From positions 1 to 40,207 of the forward strand of contig JBHGNT010000280.1 of the NCBI GenBank assembly GCA_043228905.1: a DNA stretch of 40,207 bases, in the 5' to 3' direction. The notes beneath the pieces were generated by a model. That model made no database searches. It was not told where the DNA came from and worked only from the letters and a program-made list of their open reading frames with translations. The DNA is from Azolla caroliniana. Taxonomy: Eukaryota; Plantae; Polypodiophyta. The position numbers and the translations under genes were made by a program. Positions 12,255-27,292 of the stretch are shown here, piece after piece. The first letter of the stretch is position 1. Each line of letters opens with the position of its first letter.

Positions 12255-13268
12255 AGTCTAGAGAAAGAAAGGCCTTCTCTTTCTCTCTCTCTCTTTGTAC
12301 AATTTTTCTTTTCTTTTTGGGGAATCCTTAAAGACCCAAAAAAGATTTTCACACAACTATTCCCAACTACCCAAGTGCTGGCTGGATATGTTACACCAAA
12401 ATACTTTATTAACCATCCAAAATTCCATTAATTTTGATAAAAAAGAAGAAGTTTGACAACACTAAAGAGGGGCTCTTCTACTAGTGTATCTATTACTTTT
12501 GTTTTGAGAAGCCTACTTTCAAAAAGCCTAAGATTGCGGACTTATTTAATAGAGTACATCAAAGAATAAAAATGTGTTGAATATAGTTCTCTGATTACAA
12601 ATATAGTTGTTTTATAATGGCACAGATCTCCAATTTATGTTTTCACTTCTATTGTCGTTATTGAGACTTTGAGTGATTCTTGATGAGGGTACCCAGTTAG
12701 CATGTGGTCTCACATCATCAAAATGTATGATTGATGGGATACACTATCAGAATTAAATTTGAGATGGTTTATTTGGAATATGACTGAACTTAATTTAGTA
12801 GTTTGGATTAGTAATATGAGTGTTAGTTGTAGTACCTTGTTCATTTGCACATCAATCACATAAGCTAGGTATTGAAGTTGCATTATGGCATCAACATGTA
12901 TAAAATAGAAAGTCATGTAAGGTAAATGAGGAAGGGCAAGTAGAGGATGAATATCTCTTACTTTTTACATGCTCAACATATAGTTATGATGACATATTAA
13001 ACGGGGCTATTGACACACATCAACAAAACTTGTCTACTCATGTCTCATTAGTCAACGTTGGTCTCTCTAAGTAAAGATGGGATGCTTGAATACAAATGCT
13101 CTTAAATATCTCTTCAACAAGGAAAATGCAACTAATAGTAAATTTACAATATTTTACTGAAGTTGCTAGTGTTTGATTGATAAAAGAATGGATTAGCAAG
13201 AAAACGAAGATATTGGAGCACATAAATATTGGATACATGAGGGCATTAGCGAAAGGAGATTAGATCAA

Positions 13269-13480
13269 TTTTGGAAAATGATATGGCATGACAATGGTGA
13301 CCACAAGATAATGATGTGATTATGGCTTATTGCGCATAGTGCCTTGCCGGTAGGGACATGGGATAAAGGCCCCAATGTAGACCCTAGATGTAGTGCATGT
13401 GGACAGCTAGAAAGCATTTCCCATTGTCTATTGGAATGTCCCGAGGCAGCGGTTGTATGGGGAAGGGCATTACAATTGGT
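13269..13480 (+). mobile_element. LINE (L1-like) remnant, zf-RVT domain
   Basis: FWKMIW...KI..*LWLIAHSALPVG...CSACGQLESISHCLLECPEAAVVW is the typical C-terminal zinc finger of plant LINE ORF2. It contains an in-frame stop. Confidence 0.75.
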
Positions 13481-16400
13481 ATGCCATGCCTCTACCTCAA
13501 ATAGCGAAGTTACCCCTCAACTTGTGTTTGTCTTGACTCCTAATAAAGGGACCAAAGTTGTGTACAGAATGACATTTTATCTAATGGAGTATATTCTTTT
13601 TTGGAAAAAAAAGCAAAGCAAAGAAATGTTGTTTTTTTTACCAATATGAGGGAAAATGCTTATGATGGCATAAGACAAATTTCAAAAAAGAAAAGGCTCA
13701 AATGCTAACAACTTTTCTAGAGATGCGGTGTATAAACAACCTAAAGCGTTCGATTGGTTCAATTGAGATCCAAACCAAAGATCACTAGTTCTCTTCTCAT
13801 TGTTTGGGTTCCTTACAACATAGAGACTCATAAGGGATACACTTTGAGTTAAACATTGTTATAGCTTATGGTTCTATATCACTTTGTCGTCATCCATCAA
13901 GGCTACACATGTTGTCTAGCCCTTTTCTGCCCTTAACTCATTTGTTGTATAGAAAACTTTCGCAAATGATGGGTGTTAAAGATCACTTCAATCAAAACCA
14001 ATAGTACGTACTGTGCTCAAACAAAAACACTCTAGTCATACCATCGCTAAAAAGCATTTCAATCAATATGGTCAATTAGATGTGGGCTTGGTGAATTGCA
14101 CTTTGATAATAAAAAACATTAGCATCATAAAAAAACATTTAGATTAAAACCCTTGGTGTGAAATGAGCTTAGTGAAAAACCCTTGAATTATAACTAACAA
14201 TTAAGTGAAAAATAATTCCCAAGAAGAAGAGGATGAACATTGGGTACTTTTTAGATGGGTTTTTCCATCAACTCATTTTTAAGTGTCTCGAAGCCTACAT
14301 TTATTTTGTGATTGGTGATATGAATACTAGACTGTACATCATGGCAAATACTTATATATACATTTTCTTTGGTAAATGACTCGGCGATGAATTGTTTTGC
14401 ATCATCAAATCCTTTCGTAGGACCCAACACCTTGGTCTTTATTTCTTCAACACACCCACCTATAAATCTGCAATTTCTCAAAAGAACCTCTAAGGGAGGT
14501 TGTGTGATAGTAACATATCTTCGTAGCATGTGCCAATGTTTGAGCACCAAGCCTTGTGGTGCAAAAGTAAGATACATAACACTACCCACGAAAAATTCAA
14601 AAGACTTACGACAATTATGTAGATACCTTTATGTGAGGGTATGCAAGGTATGTTAAGGGATGCACACCAACTTCATAAAAGAATTCAATAAAATAACCCC
14701 ATAAGTTGGGAGAAGGGGCGCTTTCTAACCGGGGTGTTCACAATGACTAGGATCAAGAGATTGATTACAAAAAGGTACGCGTCTTTGCAAATATGTAAGA
14801 GAACGGGTGACTTAATGACAAGTGAGCTAGCAAATTGAAAAATTTTCCAGTATGTTTCGACCTACATGAAAGCATGATGATCCAACATTATCTCGAAGAT
14901 AGGCTTCAGGTGGATTATAAATATATCTTTGAAGGTGCAAACTACTAGCTCTTGGACAAACACCCTATGACGCTTTATTTTGCCCATGGATTGACTTCAA
15001 GCTATTCTTCCAAAGCTTAGACAGAAAGGAGAGGGGCTTGAGCCATTAGTGAGGTAACACTCTAAAAGAATAAGATTGTGGCCTTGCAAATAAAAAGTTA
15101 TTAGGAAGGGGAAATTCTTGGCTAGAAGATTACTATGGGTGTAATTTAAAATCTAACTAAGATGTGCAAACTTTTGGATGGAACACATGTTGCCAAAGTA
15201 TAGGCACAAAGGAGTTGCATTGCAAGATCCATTGCTCAAGCAAGGATAAAAGATGGCTTTGGTGATACGATAGTGTAACATGAAAGGGTGATTACTCAAT
15301 TCATAAAGGCTACACTAGAGATAACAAACCAATCTTTCCCAAATGTTCACATTGAAAGGATGGTTTAGCACCTTGAAGTCAAACTTCTTTCACTTGGGGT
15401 ACTAATTAGTAATATGTCCCAAAGTATCGAGTTGTTTTCCCATTAAAGGGTGTGTGACTTGGGTTTCTACAAAAACCTATATTTTTTTACCATCAACCTT
15501 AAAGTTAAGTTATGTCCACTCTTTATTAAAGCATAAAGAGCATGTCATGTTTAACTAGCACATTATACACATACAGACCTTGAATATGTATAACCTTGTA
15601 GGGGACACTGTCAAGATCAATCAAAGATGTAAGACTCAAACATTTAGCTTCGCTATAGTTCCATAAAATGAAGATAGTCACGATTAGATTACCACATTGC
15701 GGTAAAATTTATTAATTGTGTTGTCAAGAGATAAATGGTCAAAATAGGTTTTTGAGTGGCAATTGAAACTTGGTAAAATAGTTTCCAAATGATTGTGCCA
15801 TCGACTCGCAATATCTACAAATTACTCATCATGGAAATTTGATTCCCTCATTATGGGCCTCTCCATCAAAAAGAACTTTTATCAATCAACTCAAGGGCAA
15901 TGAGTGGTATTCAACCATTCGCTTATTGTCAACTTTCATTGCCTCCTCTTTGAGATCATCTCCAATTTGTGAAAATCTTCTAAAGGTATTTTTGGCTTCA
16001 TTTTGAGTACCTTTGAAAATCCCAAGTTTGTATATTTTTATTTTTCTTCGTTTTTATCCACATTAAGGTTTCCATCGGCATCAAGATTTTTGGTTTTTGT
16101 GGATTTTAAACTTGCCATTTGGAATCATTTATAAAGGAACAAAATATGATAGCAATATGTAAATTTCCTACTTAATTACGGTATATGGTGACATAGTTGT
16201 TCCTCATCCTCTCGTGATTGCGTGTTTTTACTAATAGGACTTTGGGAGCTGCATTTCCAAGTTGTTTTATAAATTCATTCTAGTGTCTCTAATACTTGGC
16301 CAATCTTATGCAACGAGTTTTAATACTTCACAGTTAGGCCACTCCAATACACTTTATTCACAATTCAAATCCCTCTACCTAGAAAAATAAAAGGAGAAAG

Positions 16401-19400
16401 AGAGAGTATATTGTATAGCCACAATTCACATATATTGGTGGCATTCAGAAATGCATATGGTTATGCCGATTATGTACATGTAGTCGTTCATCTAAAGAAG
16501 ATGAATGAAAAAGACTCTGTGGATTTGAAAGAACCTTTATTAAATCTAATTTTGTAATCGCATTTAAACCTAATCTAACTTGATGTGTTGATTAACTTTG
16601 GGTTCTCTTACAACGATTGTTAATGTCAGTGCTTGAAAAAAAACTGAAGTTTATCATTATTCGCATCCAACATTAAAAAATTACTTGTGAATTTGGATAA
16701 TGAAGGTTAAATTTAGGTGACCTTGGTGCATACACTAAAAGGAGAATATGATGCTATCAAAGGTGATTTAGATGTAGTCATTTGAAAGCAAGAGGTTTTT
16801 AAGAAAAGATGGGAAAGGATGAAGGTATTATGTGTTATTAATAGTGGTATATGTTGGAGTTATCAACCACCACTCTGGGTATTTCCTCCACCGACATGAG
16901 GCCAGTGGCCATGTATAATTGTTATTACTAATGCTTTGGGACATATATATGTCTATTGCAGTCCAAGAGCGGTTGAAAGGGTAAAAATCTATGCTGAAAT
17001 TTCATGTAAATCGCTTTAAACATAATATAAACCATTGTTGGAACTTGGAATATATATATATATACACTTTGAGATGGTTAAACGAAAACTTGTGCTACAT
17101 TCGAAGGGCAATGCTATGGTTTGCACGATCAATATCGTGGACATATGTATGAGAGACTAAATGTTGCAAAATGTATTTTCTTACATTACCGTCTTTCGAA
17201 CACTTACTAACGTGCAACATTCTTTAAGTCGTTCTTCCAAGGAAAACCACTAAGTTCAATTTACATAGTTTACTTTTTTCAACTATCAAATAAATAAAAC
17301 ATAGTTAAAATTTCTACCCCTTTATGAGAGGCAACTTCACTTTCATTTGTGGTTTTTAATGTACCCACAAAGGAACTAAGGAGGCTTGGCTAAAGATGTG
17401 TTGCTAAGGAACGTGTCTTCATCTAGCTCAACAACTTATTGGTTGTTCGTATATAGTGAAGTTGTTTAATTGGGTCTCGAATCTTGTATTGAGAATAAGT
17501 CGTGGCCCACTTTGGGAACATGTAGTATGGTGTTTTCGACAACCTTGGCACCAATATGTATCATTCACTTTCTAATATAGTCTTATTATTTCCAGTTTTT
17601 AGCGCATGTTAGGTTTGCATTGTCATTTGTTTTGGGAAATGTCATGTATGGGTGCCCATACTTACACACACACAAAAGAGCCCATGTTCATGTTCATGTT
17701 TGTGTTTGTGTAACGTGTTCATGCTCATCTTTGTTGAGAATGTATTTTAAACATCTTTATTGGTCCAAAGGCATGCGAAAAAAATCAAATAAAGATATGA
17801 CAACCAAACAAATCCCTTAAGAAAATATAGCAAAGTTATGAACAAACAAAACTTCATTAGCAAATCATCACTTATGATAAGTGTGTTTAAGGATGAGTCT
17901 CAAATTTCAGTGTTTATGGTCGTACCTAATATTACAATGTGCACATCACCATCGTATTAAGTGCAAGTAGAACTCTCTTACTTGTAATCATTATGTAACG
18001 AAAATGAAAGGTGGGTTAAATGCGAAGAGAACAAACTCATTGGTTCGTTAACTGGCTTGTTGAAGTTTTATCAGCATGCACCATTAGAGATGCAGACATG
18101 CTTTAAGAAGCTGACCCCTAATTTGAAGAGCAAGAGTGACGCCTAAATTTCAGAGTGAATAGTTCTAATCTAAGCATTCTATTGGTAACGAGATGTTCAT
18201 GTAAAACCAGCTTAGGTTTCTTAATTTCCTCAATAATCAGAAGCATTGATCGCTTGATTCAACAATGGTTTGGCATATATAAAAGTAAGGGTGATTGCAA
18301 GACATTGTGCTATACATTAATAATGTATTGTGTAGGAACTAGCTAATGTTTTCATGGTGAGACATCGTCCATGAGCATATGTGTCGTGTACCCAAGTTTG
18401 GTGCCCAAAAAATAAATAGAAGTTGTAACAATTGGGTGCTTGTTGTTGCTTAGATATGAACCGTTTCCAACACACTTGTAAAGGGATGGCAAAGGTTGGC
18501 AATGCGCCCAAAAAACATAATGCAATATGGGGGGTGGATGGAGAAATATTATTATGTACACCGATGGGCCAAAGTCCATCCTATGTGTTGGAAGCCAGCT
18601 GTATATAGTATATAACTCACTCGCATGGAAAGGGAAAAGGGAAGAGACCCACCACCATACATGTAACATACATACACATATGTTCCAAATCTTCGTCTTC
18701 TCCTTGAGTGACATGAGACATATGAGAGAGAGAGAGAGAGAGAGATAATGATGATGTGCCTTCTCCATAATATCTTGTATGTATGTATTAATTATTTAAT
18801 GCCAACCCCCCCCCCCAAAAAAAAAACCCCATAGTCATGTGGGTGAGGAGGGAGGGAGTGAAGGGGTTAAAAAAACCCACTAACAGTAAATTACACACAC
18901 ACAAAAAGAAAGAAAGAAAGAGAGTCGAGACCCTATGGGATGGATGGTAGATCCTAACGGATGGGTAATTTACAAATATGTACATACATACACATATATA
19001 TAGTCGCACTAAAGATAGCGTGGGTTTGACAAATAAAGCCACTAAATAGCACTACTACTACAACTACTCTACTCCGATATAGACAAGACAAACAAAGAGA
19101 AATACATACATACATACATACATACATACATACATAGACTGCCCTCATCCCACACCTAAAAAAGGGGGTTATGCAAGTCCATGATACGTTTTGAATTAAA
19201 TACACACACATAAATAATCTGACCCCAACTTAATTGACATGCCAATCTAAAGCCCATATTTATATATGTACATATATGTATGTCCACATGATGGAATCGG
19301 CGCGCAGCATGGAATTCAACCGATATGTGACCAAAAAAAGGAACAATGCAAGAGGAAGAAGGAAGAAGCTTCGGCCTGAAAGGGCCTACTTTTAGTTCGC

Positions 19401-19914
19401 AGTAACAGCTATCTCTTGTTGTTACTTAATTTATGGATCGGTCGCCACTTATATCTCTCCTTGCTTGCTTGTAGGGTTACTCTACATCTGCTACTACTAC
19501 TACTACTTCTTCTTCTTCTTCTTTTCTGGGGGTATGCATACTCTGAAATGGCAACAACCCTACTACAAACACAACAATCCTCCATGACACGCATACATAA
19601 TCCAAATGTCGAACAAAAAATGAAAATTTGAATTGACCCACATCTACATTAAAGCAAAATTTTTAATCCATGACTTGTGGAGGGCTTTTGTCACGCATTG
19701 CTTTACTAATGGAAGCAATTAGGAAAGCTTTAATAATAATAATAATGTTGCTTCAGATTAGGAATAGGTTTTGCCACGCCCACCCAATTAGGAAAGCTTT
19801 AACGATGATGTGATGTGATTACGAGGAGCAAGCTACAAGGGAAAAGATAACATAAGATCTGTTACATATGTGTAGTAGAGTGTGATTGAAAAGAAGTTTG
19901 AGATTATATAGATC

Positions 19915-21318
19915 TTAAATCAATGATGAAGAGCCATGTGTGGGGATGGGCATCGTAGGGCGGCGGCGGAGAAGCTTCAGGTCATCTTGGAAATCAATAG
20001 GACGGTCGGTGTCATTTCGGATCCGGCGGACTCGAGCACTGCCAAGATGCTTGTGTTGGAAGCCATACATTTGCAAGATTTGGTCATCTGCGAAATTATA
20101 AGCTCTTTCCATTTGTTTGATACATCTCTGGGCAGCGTAATCTGTTCCTTTCCCACATGGTTTGCACCCGACAAAATGAGTCACAAAGGGCCACCGGTCG
20201 TCGCCTAGGCCCGGGTGATACTTCTCGATCATTTCCTCATACCTATCCACCAAAATCACCCAATAGCCATGCAAGTAATAAGAGCTCTCCAAGAGCACTT
20301 TGTCGCCCCACTTGGCTCTCTGCGTGATGAGCAAATAGATCATGGCCGATTGATCATCGGCTTCGAACTCCGGCCGCCCCTCTAAAGCTCGGGTTAATAC
20401 TTTGCCAGCCGCATCTCTCACTTTGCCCTTGGGTCCCATGGGAGCCCAAACATCCAGCAAATCCAGGGTCCATTGGCAATTCCTGATGAGGAAGCTACCC
20501 GTGTTAAGCCCGATCCATGACTTCTTTTGGTAAACAAGCTCATCCCATCCATGGAAGACCGCATTATAGTCCTTATACTTCTCAATGGGGATCTCGAACA
20601 CCATGTCGGTGAACATTGCGTCACTGTCCATCCACCATATCCACTCCACCTCAGGGTGAGAAAGCATGATTTTCCTAAGCAACGGCAATTTAGCCCAGAA
20701 GCCGGACATGATTCCATCCAAATGGGCCATGTTGTAGAAGATCTCAATGTTGTGGAGGCGACAATAATCAATCTTGTTCTTAATGGATTTAACAAGGTAA
20801 TGGTCGCCCACCGGGTTCTGGCACGGCGTTGGCTGCGACCCGGTTACAAGCATAATGCGAGGTTTCCCATTCACATAGTTAGGGTAGTTAGGGTTCCTAT
20901 GGAGCCACGCCCTGCGTTGCTCATCCCAATCGCTGATTTTCATGCCCAGTGTGTATGGCTTTCCAGATTTAGGCTCCTCCTCATCGCCTAATTCTTCTTC
21001 TTCTTCCTTGGATTTCTTCAATGTTCGGGATGATGCGAACAATCTGTTCCGGCGTGGCAATTCGTTATCTGTCGTGGACATCAAGGATGCTGATGAAGAA
21101 GAAGAAGAAGAAGAAGACTGGTCTCCTGTGACTACGGAAGAAGAAGAAGAAGATGGAGAGAATGGGGAACGAAGATTAATGGTAGACGTGAGAAGAAGGA
21201 ACATGAAGAAAGCACAGAAGAGGAGTAGCGCAAACTTGAAGCGAGATGCCATGGTTCGTTGGGATTGGATGTGTGAAGCAGCCCTGGCTCTGGTGGAAAA
21301 TGCCATGGGAAGCCGCAT
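19915..21318 (-). CDS. XXT: Xyloglucan 6-xylosyltransferase (glycosyltransferase family 34), intronless, 467 aa
   Basis: Type II TM anchor and Ser-rich stem. Motifs [44 protein letters not shown] (DxD), [37 protein letters not shown]. First ATG at 21318, alternative at 21306. The TTG start at 21447 is probably UTR. Confidence 0.95.
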   Translation of the reverse strand: MRLPMAFSTRARAASHIQSQRTMASRFKFALLLFCAFFMFLLLTSTINLRSPFSPSSSSSSVVTGDQSSSSSSSSSASLMSTTDNELPRRNRLFASSRTLKKSKEEEEELGDEEEPKSGKPYTLGMKISDWDEQRRAWLHRNPNYPNYVNGKPRIMLVTGSQPTPCQNPVGDHYLVKSIKNKIDYCRLHNIEIFYNMAHLDGIMSGFWAKLPLLRKIMLSHPEVEWIWWMDSDAMFTDMVFEIPIEKYKDYNAVFHGWDELVYQKKSWIGLNTGSFLIRNCQWTLDLLDVWAPMGPKGKVRDAAGKVLTRALEGRPEFEADDQSAMIYLLITQRAKWGDKVLLESSYYLHGYWVILVDRYEEMIEKYHPGLGDDRWPFVTHFVGCKPCGKGTDYAAQRCIKQMERAYNFADDQILQMYGFQHKHLGSARVRRIRNDTDRPIDFQDDLKLLRRRPTMPIPTHGSSSLI

Positions 21319-21481
21319 TGTGGTGGGTGTCAGTGTGTGAAGGAAAGAAGAAGTAAGACTGAATAAACGAATGATGATGGGGGAGAAGAAGAAGAAGAAG
21401 AAGAAGAAGAATGAGATGTGAGAGCTTTTTTCTTTTCTTCTTTCCAAAATGCCCTGTTTTCTCTCTCTCTCAGACGATACC

Positions 21482-21514
<33 letters not shown>

Positions 21515-21794
21515 TTGGAGGGGGGGGGGGGGGGGGTGTTGAAGCTTTTTAGAACAGGGGAAAACAGACAGAGTGTGTGTGTGTGTAAGAGAGAGACAGA
21601 CAGACAGACAGAGAGAGAGAGGGGGGGGTGCTTTTTCTTCTTCTTCTTTTCTTAATAATAATACATAATAATGATGGTGATTCCCGAGAAAGTGAGTGAG
21701 AGAGAGAGAGAGTGTGTGTGTGTGTTTTTAAATATCTATGATGCAGTTAACAATAATCAGCGTTGTATAATGTATTTTGTAGACTTTATTTCTT

Positions 21795-21838
<44 letters not shown>

Positions 21839-24800
21839 GGAGAGTGTTCCGCCCCCCAATTTTGTTGCTTTTTAGAATTGTGGTGGTGGTGGTATCCGTT
21901 GAATGAGAGACCAAAAAACGCCAAGTGTGAAACCAACACTCCTCCCTTTTTCCTCCCAATCCCTCCCATCCACCTCATTGCATTCCATTCTTTAACACGT
22001 TGGTTCCTTCATGGAATCGTCTTCCTTCTAATCTTCCAATGACCTGTTCTCCATCAAGCTGGAAGTTTAACAACTTATCCCCACGATTCACGAATATTCT
22101 TACTGGTACACCATAAAACATCGTTGCACCAGTTTGGATGTCGGCACAAGATCATTGCCCATGAGTGGTGTTATTGATGCTACCCTCCTAAGTTGGCATA
22201 AGATCATTGGTCACAAACTTTGTGTGGCTAACTATGTCTATTGACCTCTTCATATTGAATGCATAACCAATTTCCCATACTAAAATTCATGTTGTTGCTG
22301 CTCAAACTAGTTGCATGTCCCAAATGATGTTATTTGAACTCGTGAATCTTGGTGGATTATTTTCCCCATCTTTTTTTTGTTAATGAAGCTATAATTGAAG
22401 CATGTTGCTCCTTTCATAACTTTGAATACCTTCAAATGGTTACTTTCTTGGGCTCCACATATGTTTTGTTTCTTGCTCGATGTGTGTCTAACGTAGTGTG
22501 GAACAACATATTCAAGTCTAATGACTTTGTTACTCATTCTCGATGTCAATAAACATTGTGCTTCTCACTAGGCTTGAGAGTAGTGGTCGTAATGTGTTAA
22601 TGTATGCGTTGTCGGTGCTTCCCTTTTTACTTTGCTATTGGCATGTGAGGGTCTAGGAACATTTTTGAGGAGTTTCTTTGCTTTGCTACATTGCACACTT
22701 TAGAAACTAGAATCTATTCACAAAAGTCAATCTAACTTTTGAGTTGTAACTTTAGGTGGCGAACCTAAGCTTAAGGGGCACAACCTTGACATATTATAGA
22801 ATTGGAATTGAATAATATAAATTGATTTTAGAAACTTAATCTCAACTTGAGAACTCCATTTATGATTCTCAATTGAGATATAGTTTTAGCCTCCAAAACC
22901 AACCATAAAAGAGTATGAAGAGAAGGAATTTAATGAGTATTTATGAAAACCATATTCATGTCGTGAAACATTTAATGTGCATGGGATTAGCAAATTAGAG
23001 CATGGAGGTCAGAGTTAGAAAATAAATTTGAAATTCTTAATATAATTGTATATGGTTAGCGAGAATCACTTGTGATGGGAAAAGGGATCACACACATGCA
23101 CATGCCCCTACAACGTTATGTCCAATAGAAAATATTTTTTGATTTGAAGGATGGTATGTTTAGACACATATAGTTTATCATAACAATAGCGCAATGCTTT
23201 GATTGTCGTTATAGCTTATGCCACAGTAAATATGTGCTATGCATTTGAAGGTAGTAAGCTCGATGGTCATGAGGGATAAACTTCTAACCCTTTTGCAATG
23301 TGTGGAAGCATACACAATATTTTAATGGAAAATCACAAATATCTTTTCCCAAAAAGTTAAAACAGATAAGGATAAAACGTAGGCTTATGTGGCGAGGCTC
23401 AATCATATGGATGATGGAGTCGACAATAAGAAATGTATCTAAACTTATAGGCTAGGATATGGACGATACATATAGCTATTAAGATAAAGAATGCATTAAC
23501 ATACCTTTGTGTCGAAGGAGCCAAGACTTAATGGGGGCAAGAAAAAGAGGCATACTAGTTATATATGGCTTTAGCACAATATTTTTGTGGATTTTTTTAT
23601 TTCTTATTCAAATTAGCGATCATTTTAGCTTATGCATGAGTGTGATGGTGTGTTGATACGAGTCTGAGTTTGAGCATCACGCAATAAGATCAAACCTCTC
23701 ATTTATAACTGCATTCTACATTTTTATGCAACCTTCATATTGTCAACTTGTTGCCACAATAAAATTATACGAAAATTGCTTAACAAATTTGGTGCATACC
23801 CACTTGTGACTTGCTCCGTAACATTTATGAAATTGGGTTCAAGTTTCAAAACCGCTTACTATAATTCATATGTCCAAATTTTTGCAATACCTCTATGTTT
23901 AGAATGTATCAATTAAAATTATATGAAGGTATCACATGAATGTTCATAATTAGAATTAGAATTTTTATAAGTGTATATTGGCGAGATTCATTTGAGAATG
24001 AACTAGAAATCGGTACATATTTATCTCGGTAGACTTATGAACATGCATGCATACTAAGAGTCTATGTGAATGGCTATATTATTTTATCGATAAGTCTATG
24101 CAGTAGTGATGTCAACACACCCATAGCCTTACCTTCATCTATGTATATTGCGATACCTTATGAGCATGCGTTCTTGGCAAGAGTCCATAAAACCAAAGTA
24201 GTTGTCCAAACGAAAAGTTACAATTGCCACTAACAAGGTAGTAAGGACAACCTAAGGCCCATTCTCTTTTTCAAGCAAGTTGTTGCTCATGTGTTATTGC
24301 AATTGTTAATCTAGATAGAAGTTGTGAACTCATATATATGGCTATTGGTTATGATTTGTGCATCTACCCTAATTTTATTCTCTTTCAACCTTTTCAGAAT
24401 AAATCCCTCATATCCTGTCCTAGTGAATGCCTTGGAATGTGTGCACAAAACATGGAACATGGAAGAGGAAGTTCTCTTCATTATCATAATACAATGTTCT
24501 ACTTCCATACCCTTTGTGAAGTTAATATATCTTGGCAAATGCTTCACTCATTTGTATCTCATGGCCTCCTCTTACCTTCACGAACGGTACCCTTTGCCAA
24601 ATCACAGAAAAGAAACAATGTGTGCTTGAGTACCTAAGGGTTAGTACAAGAGCAATGGACATCAAAGTAGGTCTGTATGATGTTGTCAACATCACAGATG
24701 TTTCAATAACATCCTATTGGGCATGTGGTTAACCATGTCCATGCTGACCTTTCCAAGCTTGCAACATGAAGACGCCAATGAAAGTGGTGGCAAGGTCTAC

Positions 24801-25207
24801 CACTAAGCATTTCAGTATGGACAAAACATATCGTGGTAATGAACCAACACAAAGGAGGAGGGAAGGTCTCATGGACTTAATGGTGCCATAATGAAGGTCA
24901 TGTGTGTCATTGTCACTAAAGAAGTGGAGGGGGGCACTTGATGGAGTAGTTTGCATGGGTAAGAAGCGAAGTTTGTCCATGACATTAGCAATTAGGAACC
25001 CGTCCAGGTTGTCGTGTGAGAGATGGGAATTGGATCAGACGGTTGTGTACTTGGATTAGATGATCTATAATGGAGATTAAGATCATACAAGTTTATGAGA
25101 TGAAAGAAAGAGTTGTTAGTTCCACAATAGTAGTCGTGAAATTAGGGCATCTGAGCCCCCTCGAACATTAGAGCTCTTACCTTTTTTGCAAGTTGGACGC
25201 CCTAAAT

Positions 25208-27292
25208 TAGGGATCGGCAACGGTTCGGTTTAGGCATAGCCGGTTTGGCCTGATCCAAGCCAAACCGGCTAAGCCTAAACCGTTTACGGGATCTCAAACC
25301 TGAACCGAACCGGTTCACAAACCGATTTCGGCTAAACCGGTTTGGCAAACGACTTGAAAACCGGTTTCCAAACCAGCTTGGAAACCTCCCTCCCTCTCTC
25401 CCTCTCCCTCCCTCTCTCAAATGATCCACTATATACTATATAATATACATTGTACAAGCTCTCCCTCCCACTCTCTCTCACGTATGTGGTCTCAACTCTC
25501 TCCTTGGGATCGACAACGGTTCGGGATCTGGCCAAACCGGCTAAGCCTAAACTGTTTACGGGATCTCAAACCTGAACCGAACCGAACCGGTTCACAAACC
25601 GGTTTGGTAAACGACTTGGAAACCTCCCTCTCTCTCTCTCTCTCAAATGATCCACTATATACTATAGAATGAACCATACGTATCATATGTGCATTCGCAT
25701 TCGAGAATGATGCAATCAAATGTGTATGGTAAATCATCTCAAAGTTGGATTGGATTGACTAGGGTCTATATTATATATTGATTCTCTCTCAATCCTAATA
25801 AGTGGACTCTAATCCATTGTGAACCACCAACATAAGTATGGTTGCAATATTTGCATTGTATCACATGCATACTTTTGGGATGCAAATCAAGACATCTCTA
25901 TCATCCTCACTTTAGAACTTTACAAAAAAATGAGTATGAACTATAGAGATTGAATCAAAATATGTCATTATAAATTAGAATCAAACGTTCAAAAACTCAT
26001 AAAACGTATATTCGAGAATATGAAGAAAACATGACATAGGCAGTATTAGCATAACAACTTACCACTAGGGTGACCTAATTTCTAATAACAAAGAAAGAAA
26101 GAAAGAAATAAAAAGGATCATGACACTAACATAAATTTTTTCCATGAAATAGGCAATAGTAGCATAACAACTTACCACTCGGGTGAGCTAATTTCTAATA
26201 ACAAAGAAAGAAAGAAAAAGAAGAAAAAGGAACATGACACTATCAAGAGGAATGAGAAAGTTGGGAATTGAACCCAAGACACAACTAATAGTAGCACAAC
26301 TTGCCACTAGGTTATGCTTAGTTGTAATAATAGCAAAATTAAAAGAAAAAAAGTATTATAATACTAACGTAAAATTTTGCTTTGACATGGTACTAATGAG
26401 AGAGAGAGAAAGAGATAAAAAAAGTTGGAAATCGAACCCAAGACATAAACAACAACAACATGACTCCTTATCACTAAGGTAAATAAATTGTAATAACATT
26501 AAATGAAAAAAAAGAGAAAAAAAGGAGCACGTATTTTTCCCATTTCAAACGTGCTCGTTTCCAAACGTTGGAATGCTTGCACGAACACCAATATTACGTT
26601 CTATGACTATACATATAGTATACATTGTACAATCTCTCCCTCCCACACTCTCTCTCATGTCTGTGGTCTCGACTCTCTCCCTCTCTCTCTCTCTCTCCCT
26701 CTCCCCTTTGTGTGTAGTTTCTCTCTCTCTCTCCTTATCTGTTGTCTCCCTCCCTCTCTCTCTCCTCGTCTATGTAGTTCTCCCTCCCTCCCTCACTCTC
26801 TCTCTCTCCCATCATTTGTTTAGTCTCCCTCCCTCCCTCTCTCTCTTTCCCCTTGTATGTTGTCTCCCTCCCTCTCTCTAAAGTTATAAACGGCTTGAGC
26901 CGGTTTGGCGAGGCTCAAGCCGAGCCGAGCCGAGCTCAAACCTCTAAGGCAAGTTCAAGCCTAAACTGAGCGTTTAAGCCGGCTAAGCCAAACAGTTTAG
27001 GCTTGGGCCGAGGCGTTGCCGATCCCTAGTCTCTCCCTCGCTCCCCTCTGTGTAGTCTCTCTCTCTCTCCTTATCTTTTGTCTCTCTCCCTCTCTCTCTT
27101 TCTCTCTCTCCCCCTCTCTCTAAAGTTTATAAACGGCCGCTAAAGTTTATAAACGGCTTAGCCGGCATGGAGAGGCTCAAGCCAAGCCGAGCACAAACCG
27201 TTAAGGCAAGTTCAAGCCTAAACCGAACCGAGCCGCTTTATGCCGGCTAAGCCAAACGGTTTAAGCTTGAGCCGAGCCGTTGCCGATCCCTA
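25208..27292. mobile_element. Non-autonomous hAT-like DNA transposon (outer copy)
   Basis: Perfect 16-bp TIR: TAGGGATCGGCAACGG (25208) and CCGTTGCCGATCCCTA (27277-27292). 8-bp TSD CCCTAAAT/CCCGAAAT (7/8). Subterminal AACCG/AGCCG motifs; no transposase. Confidence 0.88.
25504..27028. mobile_element. Same-family hAT-like element nested in the outer copy
   Basis: TIRs TTGGGATCGACAACGG and GCGTTGCCGATCCCTA. 8-bp TSD CTCTCTCC/GTCTCTCC (7/8). Both subterminal regions are duplicated relative to the outer copy. Confidence 0.8.

Noticed and set aside
14200-16330. Possible highly decayed minus-strand LINE RT
   Set aside because: Only vague motif echoes; no unambiguous RT motif could be read.
21319-21447. 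43-aa N-terminal extension of XXT from a TTG start
   Set aside because: Non-ATG start and poly-Phe from a (TTC)n microsatellite; most likely 5' UTR.
25208-27292. Short recurring AACCG/AGCCG repeats as a CRISPR-like array
   Set aside because: Irregular subterminal motifs of a DNA transposon in a eukaryotic context; no repeat-spacer periodicity.
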